A stretch of 63,814 bases of DNA, counting the filler, from Collodictyon triciliatum (lineage: Eukaryota), in the NCBI GenBank assembly GCA_043381765.1. It is 12 parts of 12 records of this genome, joined end to end, with 100 filler letters (N's around TTAATTAATTAA, not from the genome) between each part and the next. Parts side by side here need not be neighbours in the genome. Positions count along the whole stretch, not along the records: positions 27,350 to 32,758 come from JBHJMP010005227.1; positions 32,859 to 38,269 come from JBHJMP010005228.1; positions 38,370 to 43,778 come from JBHJMP010005229.1; 9 more parts are not named here. One strand, written 5' to 3'. How positions within the stretch are numbered: the stretch's first letter is position 1; each line of letters begins with the position of its first letter. A model generated the notes under the pieces. That model did not search any database. It was not told the origin of the DNA and saw only the letters and a list, made by a program, of their open reading frames with translations. The translations under genes were made by a program, and so were the position numbers. Positions 27,554 through 39,471 of the stretch are shown here, in pieces.

Positions 27554-29954
27554 TTATTTCATGATGAAAAATGCTACCTTTCCTATTTCCTTTGGTGGTT
27601 GGTCCGGGCGAGTATAGTTACTCTTGAAGCTATTAGTACTAGTGGTTGGAACACCGATTCTACTGAAACCTAGGGAGCATGAGTCTGTCATTTTCAGTGA
27701 ATTTATGAATATTAACAAAATAATCCTATTATACATATTTCATGCATGATTTCATACGAAAAAGAAAATTTATGTAGAGTTTGATTTGTCAGTGTTTTAG
27801 AACCAGAATTGATACCAGAATCTTTCTGTTGAGATTCTTTTGGTTCATTGGATGAAAAGCGTGAGCCATTAGAAAGGTAGTTGGCATCGGTTCTTGACGC
27901 ATATGGAGATTTTGGAGGAGTCTTTGTTCCGGACGTAGGGTTCATTTGAATCTATTCGAAGTATCTGAATTATTTCTCATTCGAGACGAAATGAAGGATT
28001 TCTTCCACGTATGATGACATAAAACATATAAAAATACCTGACCGCTCGTGAATTTTGATTGAATGTCACTTCGCTCCTGAGCAAATAATGAGTTTAGTCT
28101 CGATTTCATCATCTTAAAATCATCAGGGGAAGGAGGACACACAAATATGTATATTTATATTGAGTAAGAAGAGTTCAATCATATATCATATCACAAACAT
28201 CTGGTTTTGAGGGCTTGTATTCTTGACCGATTTTACTAAAATTCATTTATTTTACAGACATGGTTAGTCATTTGAAGTATATAAATGCGAATCATGAGTA
28301 ATTGTCCTCTAATATCACATCTATGATGCCCCAAACCTCTCAAATGCCCATTTTCCAGCAGCAGATGACGGTATGTCTTTGATTGGTGAACGATTAGGTA
28401 CCGAATCATCAACCACAGTACTAAGCAGCGAGGGTCTATAGTTACACATGTAGCACATAAAGTGCATAATATTCAATTCATAAAAATTATGAAGAAAGGA
28501 AGGGAAGGTATATACGTTCATAAAAACAAATACATACGGGCGATTAGATGCGAATGGCGAGGTTCCAAAACCAGTTTTTGAGTTATCTGAGAATATGTAG
28601 CAATTTATTTAATTTTTTTTTTTATAGAGATTGCACAACGAGTAAAAAATGTACGGAATGAAGATACTTGCGCTGATGCACACCTTCTTTTGCTGAACTT
28701 GGGCGTGAAGAGTAATCAAATGTAAAGCGAGTACTTTGGTCACTCGGGCTTTCAAGCCGCCTTGGAGGAGATGGATATGGTTTACGGGTAGTAATCTGTA
28801 TAGTAAAGAGAAATATTATGTTTGGGGAAGAAATTGTTGGATATGTTTGAGGCGACCAAGGCATAGACACATACCCATAGGCAAATTTATCACAAAAATA
28901 AACCTTGGGAATATTAACACAATTGATAAGTCAACACAAAAAAATATAAGCAATGGTGCAAGGTACTTCTGTCGTATCGCGCACAGGATCATCTGACGAT
29001 CTGTCAAACTAGTATGTGTCTCAGTATCAGGATTAGAAATGCCGATTCATTAAAAAAAAATAATGCAAAGAGTATGAGGATAAATTTCTAGAAAGGAACA
29101 TGAGCTATTCGTTTTTTAATACATGGGTGGCTGATTTGGCAGCTGATTGACTAGATTGTGCTAAAATTGCATACATGAGTTTATGAGTCAATTAGTATAC
29201 CTCGGGATTATTAGATCATTCTGCTAACTTAATGATAATTTTTCTTTGAATCGAATAAAGGAGAAAAAAATTGTAATACTTTTTATAATATTTGTCCTCC
29301 AAAATGTAGAATAAGCATGAGGAAAGGGGTCCAAAAACAAGACAAGGAAAAATTAATCTCGAAGAAAACAAGAAACCTAGTAAAACGATATATGAATACA
29401 AACCAGGTCTTTGGGCAGGCTTGTCTATAAACTGTGCTAGAGAATCATAAGAGTCATACTTGGAATTCAGCTGCTCAGAGTATTTGGAAGCATGTGCTGT
29501 CCCTGGTTTGGATGTATTTGAGGAATAGGGAGACGGCTTTCCGGATGGCTATATTTCAAGAGTTCTAGCTTTAAAACGATGAGGACTGAAGACGAATTTA
29601 AAAGCTAAAGATCTTCATACATACATACATACATACATACATACATACATACATACATACATACATACATACATACATACATACATACATACATACATAC
29701 ATACATACATACATACATACATACATACATACATACATACATACATACATACATACATACATACATACATACATACATACATACATACATACATACATAC
29801 ATACATACATACATACATACATAAAGGTAAAAAAGTAAAAAAAAGTAAAAAAAAAGTAAAAAAAAGTAAAAAAAAAGTAAAAAAAAAAGTAAAAAAAAAG
29901 TAAAAAAAAGTAAAAAAAAGAAAAAAAAAAGTAAAAAAAAAGTAAAAAAAAAAG

Positions 29955-30030
<76 letters not shown>

Positions 30031-32316
30031 AAAAAAAAGTAAAAAAAAAAAAGTAAAAAAAAGTAAAAAAAAGTAAAAAAAATGAAGTAAAAAGTACAGA
30101 GGTATGTATTCACAACAAAGACTGTAGAATCTCTCACCCCAGACACACCAGTGGCACTTATTGGAGGTGACGTAGGCCGGACGGTATCCTTTTTTGAGAT
30201 CCCTCCAGCTGTATATAATAAAAATATAGTAAAAATAAAAATAAAAATAAAAATGCGTTATTTTTTTATTAACATTATAGAAAAGAATAAAAGGGTGTAT
30301 GCGTTTTCGTAAAAAAACAAATGTTGTAATTTCGAATGATTAGGTCGTACTGCCTCCTGATTCTTTCAGTTTCTGGAACCGCTCAAGAAATTCTTTGAAT
30401 CCCATATCAGATACTTGAGGCTTTCCTGGCGGATTATCAGTGGCGCTCGACGTTTGCTCACTAAAGTAAAAAAATAAAATAAAAGAAGGGCACGAAAATT
30501 GAAAAAAACTTTTGATGCTCAGAAATTATATATATTATACGTTCGGCTTGGGACATTTGGTGTGCCATAACGATGCGGATAGATGCCGATGTTAGGAGCG
30601 GGCTTTGAATAAGTTTGTCCAGTGGAAGAAGTCCGATTTCTGTGTCATTATTGTGACTTGTATTAAAATAATTATATAAGATAATTATTATTCTGAGCAC
30701 TATACCCAGGATTCGATGATGTAGGAATTGCATGAATTTTGGTCTCTTCGTTAAGTCTAAAACCAGATGTTTGAGATTGATATTTTGAGGCAGTCGATTC
30801 TGATGCGGCAGACCTGGATGATTTGGTTCGAATAGTAAGTAGTAGTTGTAGTAGGAGTAGCTATTATATACTCTATTTTTTTTTTTAAAAAAAAACTATT
30901 GAGACTCATAGACCGAGCAACATCCGACAAGAAAAATTACTTGGAGGCGGTTTTATAATCGTCCTAAAGAGCAACATTTAGATGACTTCACATTCTTGAA
31001 ATTATGGGGGAAAATCACAATTCATTCACGTAACGTTAAATGATTATGAATTTTACTAGTGTTGTGCTCCGTCTGGGCAAAACTTGGTCAGATTTTGGTT
31101 GTCCTTGTGACGTTGTAGGCTCAGGCCTTATTTATTATTGTAAACATATATTTTAAAAAGAATACATAATTTCGTTACGGTCACCGCCCTATTCAAACAC
31201 TTAACTTGGGAGCTATAAAATCGAAAGGAAGAGTTTTTAATGAACATGCTGACAATCATACCTCGATTTCGAAGCTCCATGAAGAATTTTGCTTGGATCT
31301 CCAAAGCGTTGGTATGGATCCGCCACCTGAAGGAATACGTTAACAACATACCAAGGGCTGAGCTGTGGGACGATAACTGGCGAGTTATCAGGTATTTGGA
31401 CACATACAACAACGCAGTGTAAGGGATTGTCTTACTTTCACCCCAGTTGGAGAAGATGGGCGTTCTGTGGGCTTGAATGCATCAATGGTGGTTGTCGGCT
31501 TTGGGCGTCCCTATAAGTGAATTTATTCATATTTTCTCCTGCCCATAGTCTTAAATTTGGCAAACAAAACAAAACAAAACAAAACAACACATAATGAAAG
31601 GAATGTTACCAGATATGTACTGAATCTATTCGAGTCTGTGTCAGGGGCGTCAGAACCTGGGTCGTTTAAAACGCATAAAGTTTTTACAGAAAGAGAAATC
31701 TGCATAAAACGGACTTTTTTATTAAAAAAAAAAAGGAGGAAAAGCATATGACTATAAACCAGGTCGATTTCCAGATAGAATACTGGGGACAGTTCCAGAC
31801 GGAGCAAACTTATCGAGGGTGGCACCAGCAGCAGTAGGCCCTACGTGGAAATATATCAATAAATCAAAAAGTGTATTATAAATCATATTATCAAAATGGA
31901 TTAATTGCTTTCAGTATCCCTGGCGGTCCATAATAGAATTAATGACGGTGAAAAGGGATCGTTGTAACAAAAGGTTTGCAATACACGTATCAACACAAAC
32001 TGGTGGATGTTTCGACACGGGTTTTCAGTCGACTCATGATCGCATCGATGTCCTTTGCAGAAGATGACTTTGGGGCAGCCGCAGCAGCCGACTGGAACGG
32101 AATGACCGAAGGGGTCTTTTGCGCCGTGATCGCCGCGGCGGACGATTTTTGGCCCGAGTTTTGAGCAGAGGAAAGAAATGCTGTTGAGTTTCCCGACGAG
32201 CTGCTTCGGCCGCCGAACTGTGCGTTGCCTGCGGCTGAATAAGCTCCGATCGGAGGCGATGAGGAGCGGCCACCCGGAGAAGAAGCGCCATACGAGCCGG
32301 ACGGGCGGGAGTGCAT
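27554..32316 (-). CDS. Uncharacterised Ser/Pro-rich multi-exon protein, partial
   Basis: GC-richer first exon MHSRPSGSYGASSPGGR...DIDAIMSRLKTRVETS followed by many short low-complexity exons with GT-AG boundaries. Confidence 0.5.
29244..29270 (+). mobile_element. LINE 3' tail remnant in intron
   Basis: CTTTGAATCGAATAAAGGAGAAAAAAA matches the tails at 34963-34993 and 1074-1099. Confidence 0.55.
29617..29822 (+). repeat. (ATAC)n microsatellite
   Basis: Directly visible; many similar simple repeats occur throughout the window. Confidence 0.9.
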
Positions 32317-33192
32317 CGGACGTTGTGTTGGGACAGTGATGCGTCGCTTAGAGAGTTGCAGTGGACTATGCCTTTGCTGACTATGAGCGGCGATACGTTT
32401 TACATTTGCTTGTGGATGCTGTGAAGTGTGCTCATGGGGATTGCTTGTTGTGGTGGATCGTGAAGCTAAAGTCTCACAAACCAACGATCACAAAGACGCG
32501 AAAGCAAGGATACTGTTCTGGAAAATATAATTTAAACTATCATGGATGCTAATGTAGCATTTATAAATCGCAATAATTTCTTGAATCGAATAAAGAATAA
32601 TAAAGATTGCAATAATTTGAAAAATTCGCACAAATTTTTTTTTATATATGTAAATTTCTTTTTTTTTTTTATTCTAAAAGTCTTAGCTGTTGAGCCCGTC
32701 TCAACAATCTTTCATTCAACCATCAGGCAAGTAGTTCCAAAGTAGGTGGTGATGTGTGNNNNNNNNNNNNNNNNNNNNNNNNNNNNNNNNNNNNNNNNNN
32801 NNTTAATTAATTAANNNNNNNNNNNNNNNNNNNNNNNNNNNNNNNNNNNNNNNNNNNNACAAACAAACAAACAAACAAACAAACAAACAAACAAACAAAC
32901 AAACAAACAAACAAACAAACAAACAAACAAACAAACAAACAAACAAACAAACAAACTAACTAACTAACTAACTAACTAACAAACTAACAAACTAACAAAC
33001 AAACTACAAAAAGGTCATTAAACACATCCAACGAGACAAAAAGAGCCGCAACGGAAGCACAGTCAGTTTCCGCGGCGAATTTTTTTCTGTAGTATAAATT
33101 TCAACTGTATGTTGGTGGGTTTGTTTCTGTGAGCCAAAATTCCCAGGAGTTGATTTATCCCATGCCTCACATACCTCGCTCTAGGTAATGTA

Positions 33193-34567
33193 GAACCACA
33201 CTATCGAAATGTGAAAACATCTCTAAAGTCGATTGCAAAGAATGCGGATGGCTATGATAAAATCAACGACACAGTTTATTGTGTCATAATTTGGTCACCA
33301 ACACTTATCTGTTTGCAAAATGCTAGATATTGAAATCACAACTACCCCCAACAATCGATGAAATGTGTTTTCTGTACGCTTTAAAGACAATCGGAATAGT
33401 TTCACAAGATAGACCCGCAAGTTTAAAAAAACCAGATACGAGTAAAGACATGATGACATTTTATCTCAATGATTTTCGATTCCTTTTGTCCCAAGAAGAA
33501 CGCTTTCCGTTGGTTGGACTGTCCCATGTATTACCATACTTGGCGAAGCAAACGTTAGTAGCTTATCATCATAACATTAAGGAGCATTATGTTAAGAGGC
33601 TACTGCGCTTTATAAATCAAACAGTTCCTAAATATGAGAATATGACGGAAGCTATTAAAAAGATAGAGTTACGAAACTTAAAAAAAAAAAGCCATCTTCA
33701 AGAATCTCGAAATACCGGAGCAATATTAAGAATGGATTAAATGCATTTGCATCATATCATTCCCAGCGACGTTGTAAAAGGTATCGAAAATAACCCAAAG
33801 TCAATCCGAATAAGTACATTCTATATCTGATTTACATGAATCGTATTTTTGAGGGCATCGGGCCCAAACTGTTTCAACCAATCTCTAAAAGAACTACCAA
33901 TATACCATGTCATATTACTCTAGATACTGCATGTTTGATAGATATATTAGTATCAAATGGAAATACATAATTAAAGAAGAATATATCAGGATGCAATGAG
34001 ACCATATGGGATAAGTTTTTTGAAATGAAGAAGAGGGTTTTTCATCAAAGAGACCACCATTTTAAATACATGGTACAAACACACGGCTTGGCAGTGTAAT
34101 TATTGTTTGAAAAAAAAAGGTATTTCAAATTCAAAATTCAAATATAACCAAAACAAAGAATATGTTTATATACATGAACTTTCCGAAGAGCAGCTATCTT
34201 TATTAGCGAAAAAAAAAAAGTAGTAGTGGGCGCAGGCAAGTTTAATTTTGTTTACATGGTGGGTGAGACAGGTAAGAAATTACGTTATTCAGCGCACCAA
34301 AAAAGACTTGATAGCAAATTTCTTAAAAATCACGAAATACTTTTGCGCGAGAAAAAAGTGCAATGCTTCAGGGATATGCATGGCAACAGGTTTACAAAGT
34401 GTTGTTTCTTTTGGTCATATGACTTTTGAAGAGAATCAGCGGTTTGAGGCATCAAGACTATCTTTAATCTATTTAGAGACAGAACTGAGTAAACATAATT
34501 CATGCACGGTCAATTATGAAAAAATTTCGAAATATGAATATATGAAACCAAGTTACCAGATAGAATT
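33193..34567 (+). pseudogene. Truncated, frameshifted Fanzor copy (N-terminus to just after RuvC-I)
   Basis: Colinear with ~61506-62865, roughly 85-90% identical by eye in a sampled stretch. RuvC-I Asp codon changed to GGC (34229-34231). Several stops and frameshifts. Ends at a LINE fragment. Confidence 0.85.
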
Positions 34568-34993
34568 GTCACAAGGGGACATGTGCTGCGGTCCTTAAGG
34601 AGCGTGCGTGCATTCTCTCGCTCTAATGATTCACCCGAACGAGAAATCGATGTATACAGGCTTGAGAGCCTCGTGCAATGCAGCTTCCTGAACAGCCTGC
34701 TGAAACACGCTCGCATTCTTCGCTACTCTGACCGCAAGCGAAGAGAGATGTGGGAACGTGTCGTAAGATATCTCCCACAGTATATCCAACCCTGCTACCC
34801 ACGCAGCCAATCAACCAGTTGGGTCGCTCGCCTGACCAACTCGCTATCATCGATTTCTTTCTAGCGTTTGCTTCTTCCTAGTAGTGTCTTCTCCTACTCA
34901 CGTTTGCTCTCTACCATGCGCGCCTATCTCGCCTTGCCTTTGTATGGCATAACCATGTTGCACTTTGAATCGAATGAAGGGGAGAGAAAAAAA
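34568..34993 (+). mobile_element. 5'-truncated LINE 3' fragment abutting the Fanzor remnant
   Basis: Aligns with 681-1099 from GTCACAAGGGGACAT to the tail TTTGAATCGAATGAAGGGGAGAGAAAAAAA. Confidence 0.75.
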
Positions 34994-35451
34994 CTCCGTC
35001 TGGCTTGTGCCTCTTGTCTGGAACTGAATTCTTCCAGGCTGGTGAGAGGGTTTTGCTGCGGCGGATATGATGTTGCCTCTTATAGCGTCCCAGATTCGCA
35101 GATATGCATGCCCATGTATAAGGGGATGAGGGATCGAATCTACTTTTCCAATATTGCCAATCGGTTGGAAGTTGTCATCAGTATATTTTTCATTCCAATG
35201 GACTAGGCTCCGAAGGATGAAGAAGGGATTGAATATGCCAGCGCGAAGAGAGACTGATAATAATCAAATTTTGAGGAGGTTGATTTGTATTTGTTCTACA
35301 GATATACAGCTTCTATATTTTGAATCAACCACAAGAAAAAAAGAAGGGAGAAAATAAAATTTCCATTCTTCCTTTAACTCGAACTATAGTGTGTTTGACT
35401 TCTCTTGTTCAAAATTTTATTTTATTTTTGAATCAGAGCCCATCAGCTTAC

Positions 35452-38090
35452 TTAAAACGTGTGAAACAGATTCTCGTAGAACGAAACACCTTCTGGGGTA
35501 TCGTCTCGGCAAAGAAGACCCAAACGCTCTGCGCACTAGGATTTTAAATAATTTCTCAATATATCTTACAATATTGTTATGAGATAAAGGTTCCATCGAA
35601 AATCCAAGTCAGAAATGTTTAAATACCAGGAGCTTTTCCTTGGCAATAAAAACAGGAATGCTCTGCAACTGTGATAGCTGGTATGGTGTCATCTTCATTC
35701 GTTCTTTCACCTACTCCGTACATTGATTGTCACAATAATATAATGGTGAATGGTGGGACGTTTTAATGTTTGTGATTTTGAAAGGGAAGAATACGAAAGA
35801 TGTAACAGCCTCTGATGATTGCCTTTCGTCATGGTTTCCTAAGTTAAAATAACGAATCAGTTTTTAAATAAAATTAAAGTTTTTTTTTTGTTTTTTTCCC
35901 CACTTCTTGATTCGATTCAAAGTTTTTTTCCTTTATTCGATTCAAAGCTAACTTTGAACTTCAATAATTTGGACTTTATTGTAAACTGCATTAAACTTAA
36001 ACATGTAAGATATATGACAAAATCCTTTATTACGAGATTGAAGGACTTGGAGTCCGCTTTCAAATTTTCTGGGTGTAATGGGTAAATTGAGCTGACCAAG
36101 GATTTTACATGCCTGGTGCATATCATCCGTCGTGATGAAGGCTTCAATCAGAGGTATTTAGGGAGGATCAAATGTATGCATTCAAAAATATTCATCTTTT
36201 TCTGTTTATTTTTCACATTCTTTTTACATCATACCTGTTCCTCGGGCTCTGTTATAGAGACAAAAAGCATCAGGAAGTGTCATCATCCCACCACTTTGCT
36301 GGATTGGTTGCTCGAGGAAATCAGAAAGCTGCCGTGCAAGTTCGCGGTGATAAGAAACCCCGGCTGACTCTCTTGGTGAATAGTAAATTAGAGTAAGAAA
36401 TAAGGGGAAACGAATTAATTCACCACAATGCGTCCATGGTTATTACAAACACTCCTCCAAATATATGAAAAATAACAGAGAATGATATAAGGAATCAAGA
36501 CTAGTTTTAGAATATTGAGAAAAGAAAAAGAACAGGAATTATGAGGACCATTCCAAAGCAAAACCCCTTTTAAATAATGCTGCCCAGTCATGATGGTAGA
36601 CAGTAAGACACATACATACATACATACATACATACATACATACATACATACATACATACATANNNNNNNNNNNNNNNNNNNNNNNNNNNNNNNNNNNNNN
36701 NNNNNNNNNNNNNNNNNNNNNNNNNNNNNNNNTAAGATATTCTCTCCTGTAATTCCTTACTTTGTCACGGGGCTAATAATACCAAAGTTAAATAGAGTAG
36801 CCTGCAGCTCGTCGTTTCCAGTTGATTCCTTTGGAGCACTAGAAACAAGCTTTTCAGCAAGTTGCACCTAAAAATTGTACAGGTAAGCAAATATGGTATA
36901 CTCGAAATTTAATTATGGGATATAAGCAAATAATAAGAGAAACACCCCTTTGATTGGAAAGAAATGCTAGTATTCCTGGCATAAAATTGAAATAAAAAAA
37001 AGGAAACCATTTCTTTTCCTTTTTCCATTAAAGATGACAAATCGGCAAACGCCTGGTCCAAGGTCATGTCTGTTTGTTGCATCTTTTTTTCTTCAGTTCG
37101 TATAATACCGGCTGTAAAGTATATTAGAGAGATGTAAATAAATGATTAAATAAATTAAAGTAAGTTTATTCGGCTCGAAAAAAAAAGGACGGGTAACTAG
37201 AGCCAAATTCCCAAATGGAATCGTTTATCCATCCAATAAAAAAAAAAAAAACATGTGAGAAGTGCTACTAAGCGAATAAATATATGAATACTAAACAATT
37301 ATTAAATATCAAACCAACTCCTGCTTGATAAGTTGAGAAAGAAGGTACGACAGGTTGAACAGGCTTTTGTTTTACTATCTACCAAGCAACATTTTTGGCT
37401 TAACGGGTGATAATAAACAGAGAAAGTTCACAATTTACTGAAGAATATCTCATGATATATAATAATATATAAGGAATCTTGAAGAATAGAAAAAAATCAT
37501 GCATGTGCAACTTCAGAAATTGTATTCGCTCACCTCCCACGCTTTCTTTTTCATGGCCATATCTACTTTGCTTGAAAACACATCGCCCTTTCCAGAATCA
37601 AACCTTATGTAAAAGAATTCGGGCTCTGCTTTTCCTTTGACAGTTACTTTGACCTTTAATCTCCCATAAGCAAATAAACCAGCAGCCTAAATATCATCAA
37701 AGCGTAATTTTTTGATTTATAAAATGAGAAAGAAAAAAAAGTACATCAAACGTCATATCCCGAGCTTGCATAGGTATATGGTTATGTTATCCACACCTCC
37801 ATAGATAATTACACATGGGGAAATGTTGGTGAGGAGCAAACAATACCGTGAATTTAAAGTCATTCACCAATGACAAAGGTAGGCGATGCTTGGTTGACGA
37901 TGAGAGCAAGAATATGTTGTGTGTTGAAATGATTGCAGAACATGACAGTAATTCTACTTTATTTCTATATATCAAAGTATAAGTTAATCAACATGGATTA
38001 TCAACAAAAAAAAAAAAGGAATTGTCAATACAATGCGGTAATGATGTTGTCGTTGAATACGAGATTCGTTATAGCCTGGGAGAACCGAAT
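35452..38090 (-). CDS. VPS36: ESCRT-II subunit VPS36/EAP45, multi-exon (5' end uncertain)
   Basis: Exons AGIIRTEEKKMQQTDMTLDQAFADLSSLMEKGKEM, FGIISPVTK, YHRELARQLSDFL...GGMMTLPDAFCLYNRARGT, AERLGLLCRDDTPEGVSFYENLF*; GLUE-like N-terminal exons. Confidence 0.9.
35891..35947 (-). mobile_element. Two tandem LINE tail remnants in a VPS36 intron
   Basis: TTTTTTTCCCC...ATTCGATTCAAAG followed by TTTTTTTCCTTTATTCGATTCAAAG. Confidence 0.55.
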
Positions 38091-38186
38091 TGTTGAGATA
38101 GGAAAGGATACCAGAAGGAACGACAAAAAGATAATAGAAAGAACCATACTGGAGGGAAAAAACAAGGAAGGAGAACACGGTATTAG

Positions 38187-38253
<67 letters not shown>

Positions 38254-38629
38254 GAAGAAGAAGAAGAAGNNNNNNNNNNNNNNNNNNNNNNNNNNNNNNN
38301 NNNNNNNNNNNNNTTAATTAATTAANNNNNNNNNNNNNNNNNNNNNNNNNNNNNNNNNNNNNNNNNNNNTTCGTTTTGTTTTCGTTTTGTTTTCGTTTTG
38401 TTTTCGTTTTCGTTTTCGTTTTGTTTTCGTTTTCGTTTTCGTTTTCGTTTTTTTTTGTTTGTTTGTTTTGGTTTTGGTTTTGGTTTGTTTTGTTTTGTTT
38501 TGTTTTGTTTTGTTTGGTTTGGTTTTGTTTTGGTTTGTTTTGGTTTGTTTTGTTTTGTTTTGTTTTGTTTTGTTTTGTTTGGTTTGGTTTTGATTTGGTT
38601 TGTTTTGGTTTGTTTTGTTTTGTTTTCTA

Positions 38630-39090
38630 TAGGGAGAGCACCACCCACCTGGGACAAAGTCTGCAGACAGCGCCGTGCGAATCAGCTGTTCAGGGTCCGT
38701 CATGTAACCGCCTTTGTCGCCTGTGCTCTTGTCCGAGGAAGGCGCCGCTGCGACCAACGACAGCTTTTCGGCTGCATTAATCTGTTCGAACTGCCCATGG
38801 CGAGCTTTTTTCCCACCCGACAGAGCTGCAGACCAAAAGGCGTGTAGTAAGGCGCATGTCGAAGTGAGAGGACTTGTTTGGGGTTGTTTGGAGTTCTCGG
38901 TGCGGTCTTGCGCAGCCTCCAAATCCCTCGACCTTGTCTCCGGTCCGTGCTTGTCTCCAGCAGCAACAACAATGGCGGATGCTGCAAAGCCGCTTTGTGC
39001 TGAAAGTGCGGCACTCGCGCAGAGTTTGCTTGCGGGAGACAAACGAGCCCAGGTACGCGTGAAGCTGAGAAGCAGGCGCGTGTGCCACAT
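38630..39090 (-). CDS. Possible first exon of an unknown protein (N-terminus resembles a targeting presequence)
   Basis: GC-rich ORF MWHTRLLLSFTRTWARLSPASKL...ADFVPGGWCSPY; runs into a repeat and the contig end. Confidence 0.35.
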
Positions 39091-39471
39091 CTGAAACGAT
39101 TCAATGGCGGGGTTACCGCTTGGTTATGTTTGTCACAACATCCACAAACTTATATTCGAAGCGTCCTGTCAAAGAGCCGTATATGCAGACTGTGTGCTGC
39201 TGACGCAGAGCTGTCATGCTTTCGTGGGTGTTTTCATCTAGACTTCGTTTTTGTTCTGTTTCGTTTGGCTGCCCACAGAGAAACGTGTGGTCACTTTGCG
39301 CCTTCGGAGTTTCAATGGAGGTATTGCAATTATGGAAAAATAAATACTCGACAAATGGAATTCGGGCCTGAGTAGCTTCGCTTGTGGGAAAGGAGTAGGG
39401 GACACCCGAAAGAAGCTGCCTTTTCTCTTTGGTCTTTTCCACCACTCTCTTTATTTTGCATCGCGCGGGCA

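Noticed and set aside
38100-38112. GTATCCTTT on the minus strand as a U12 donor near the VPS36 5' end
   Set aside because: The flanking exon structure could not be established, so the site is unsupported.
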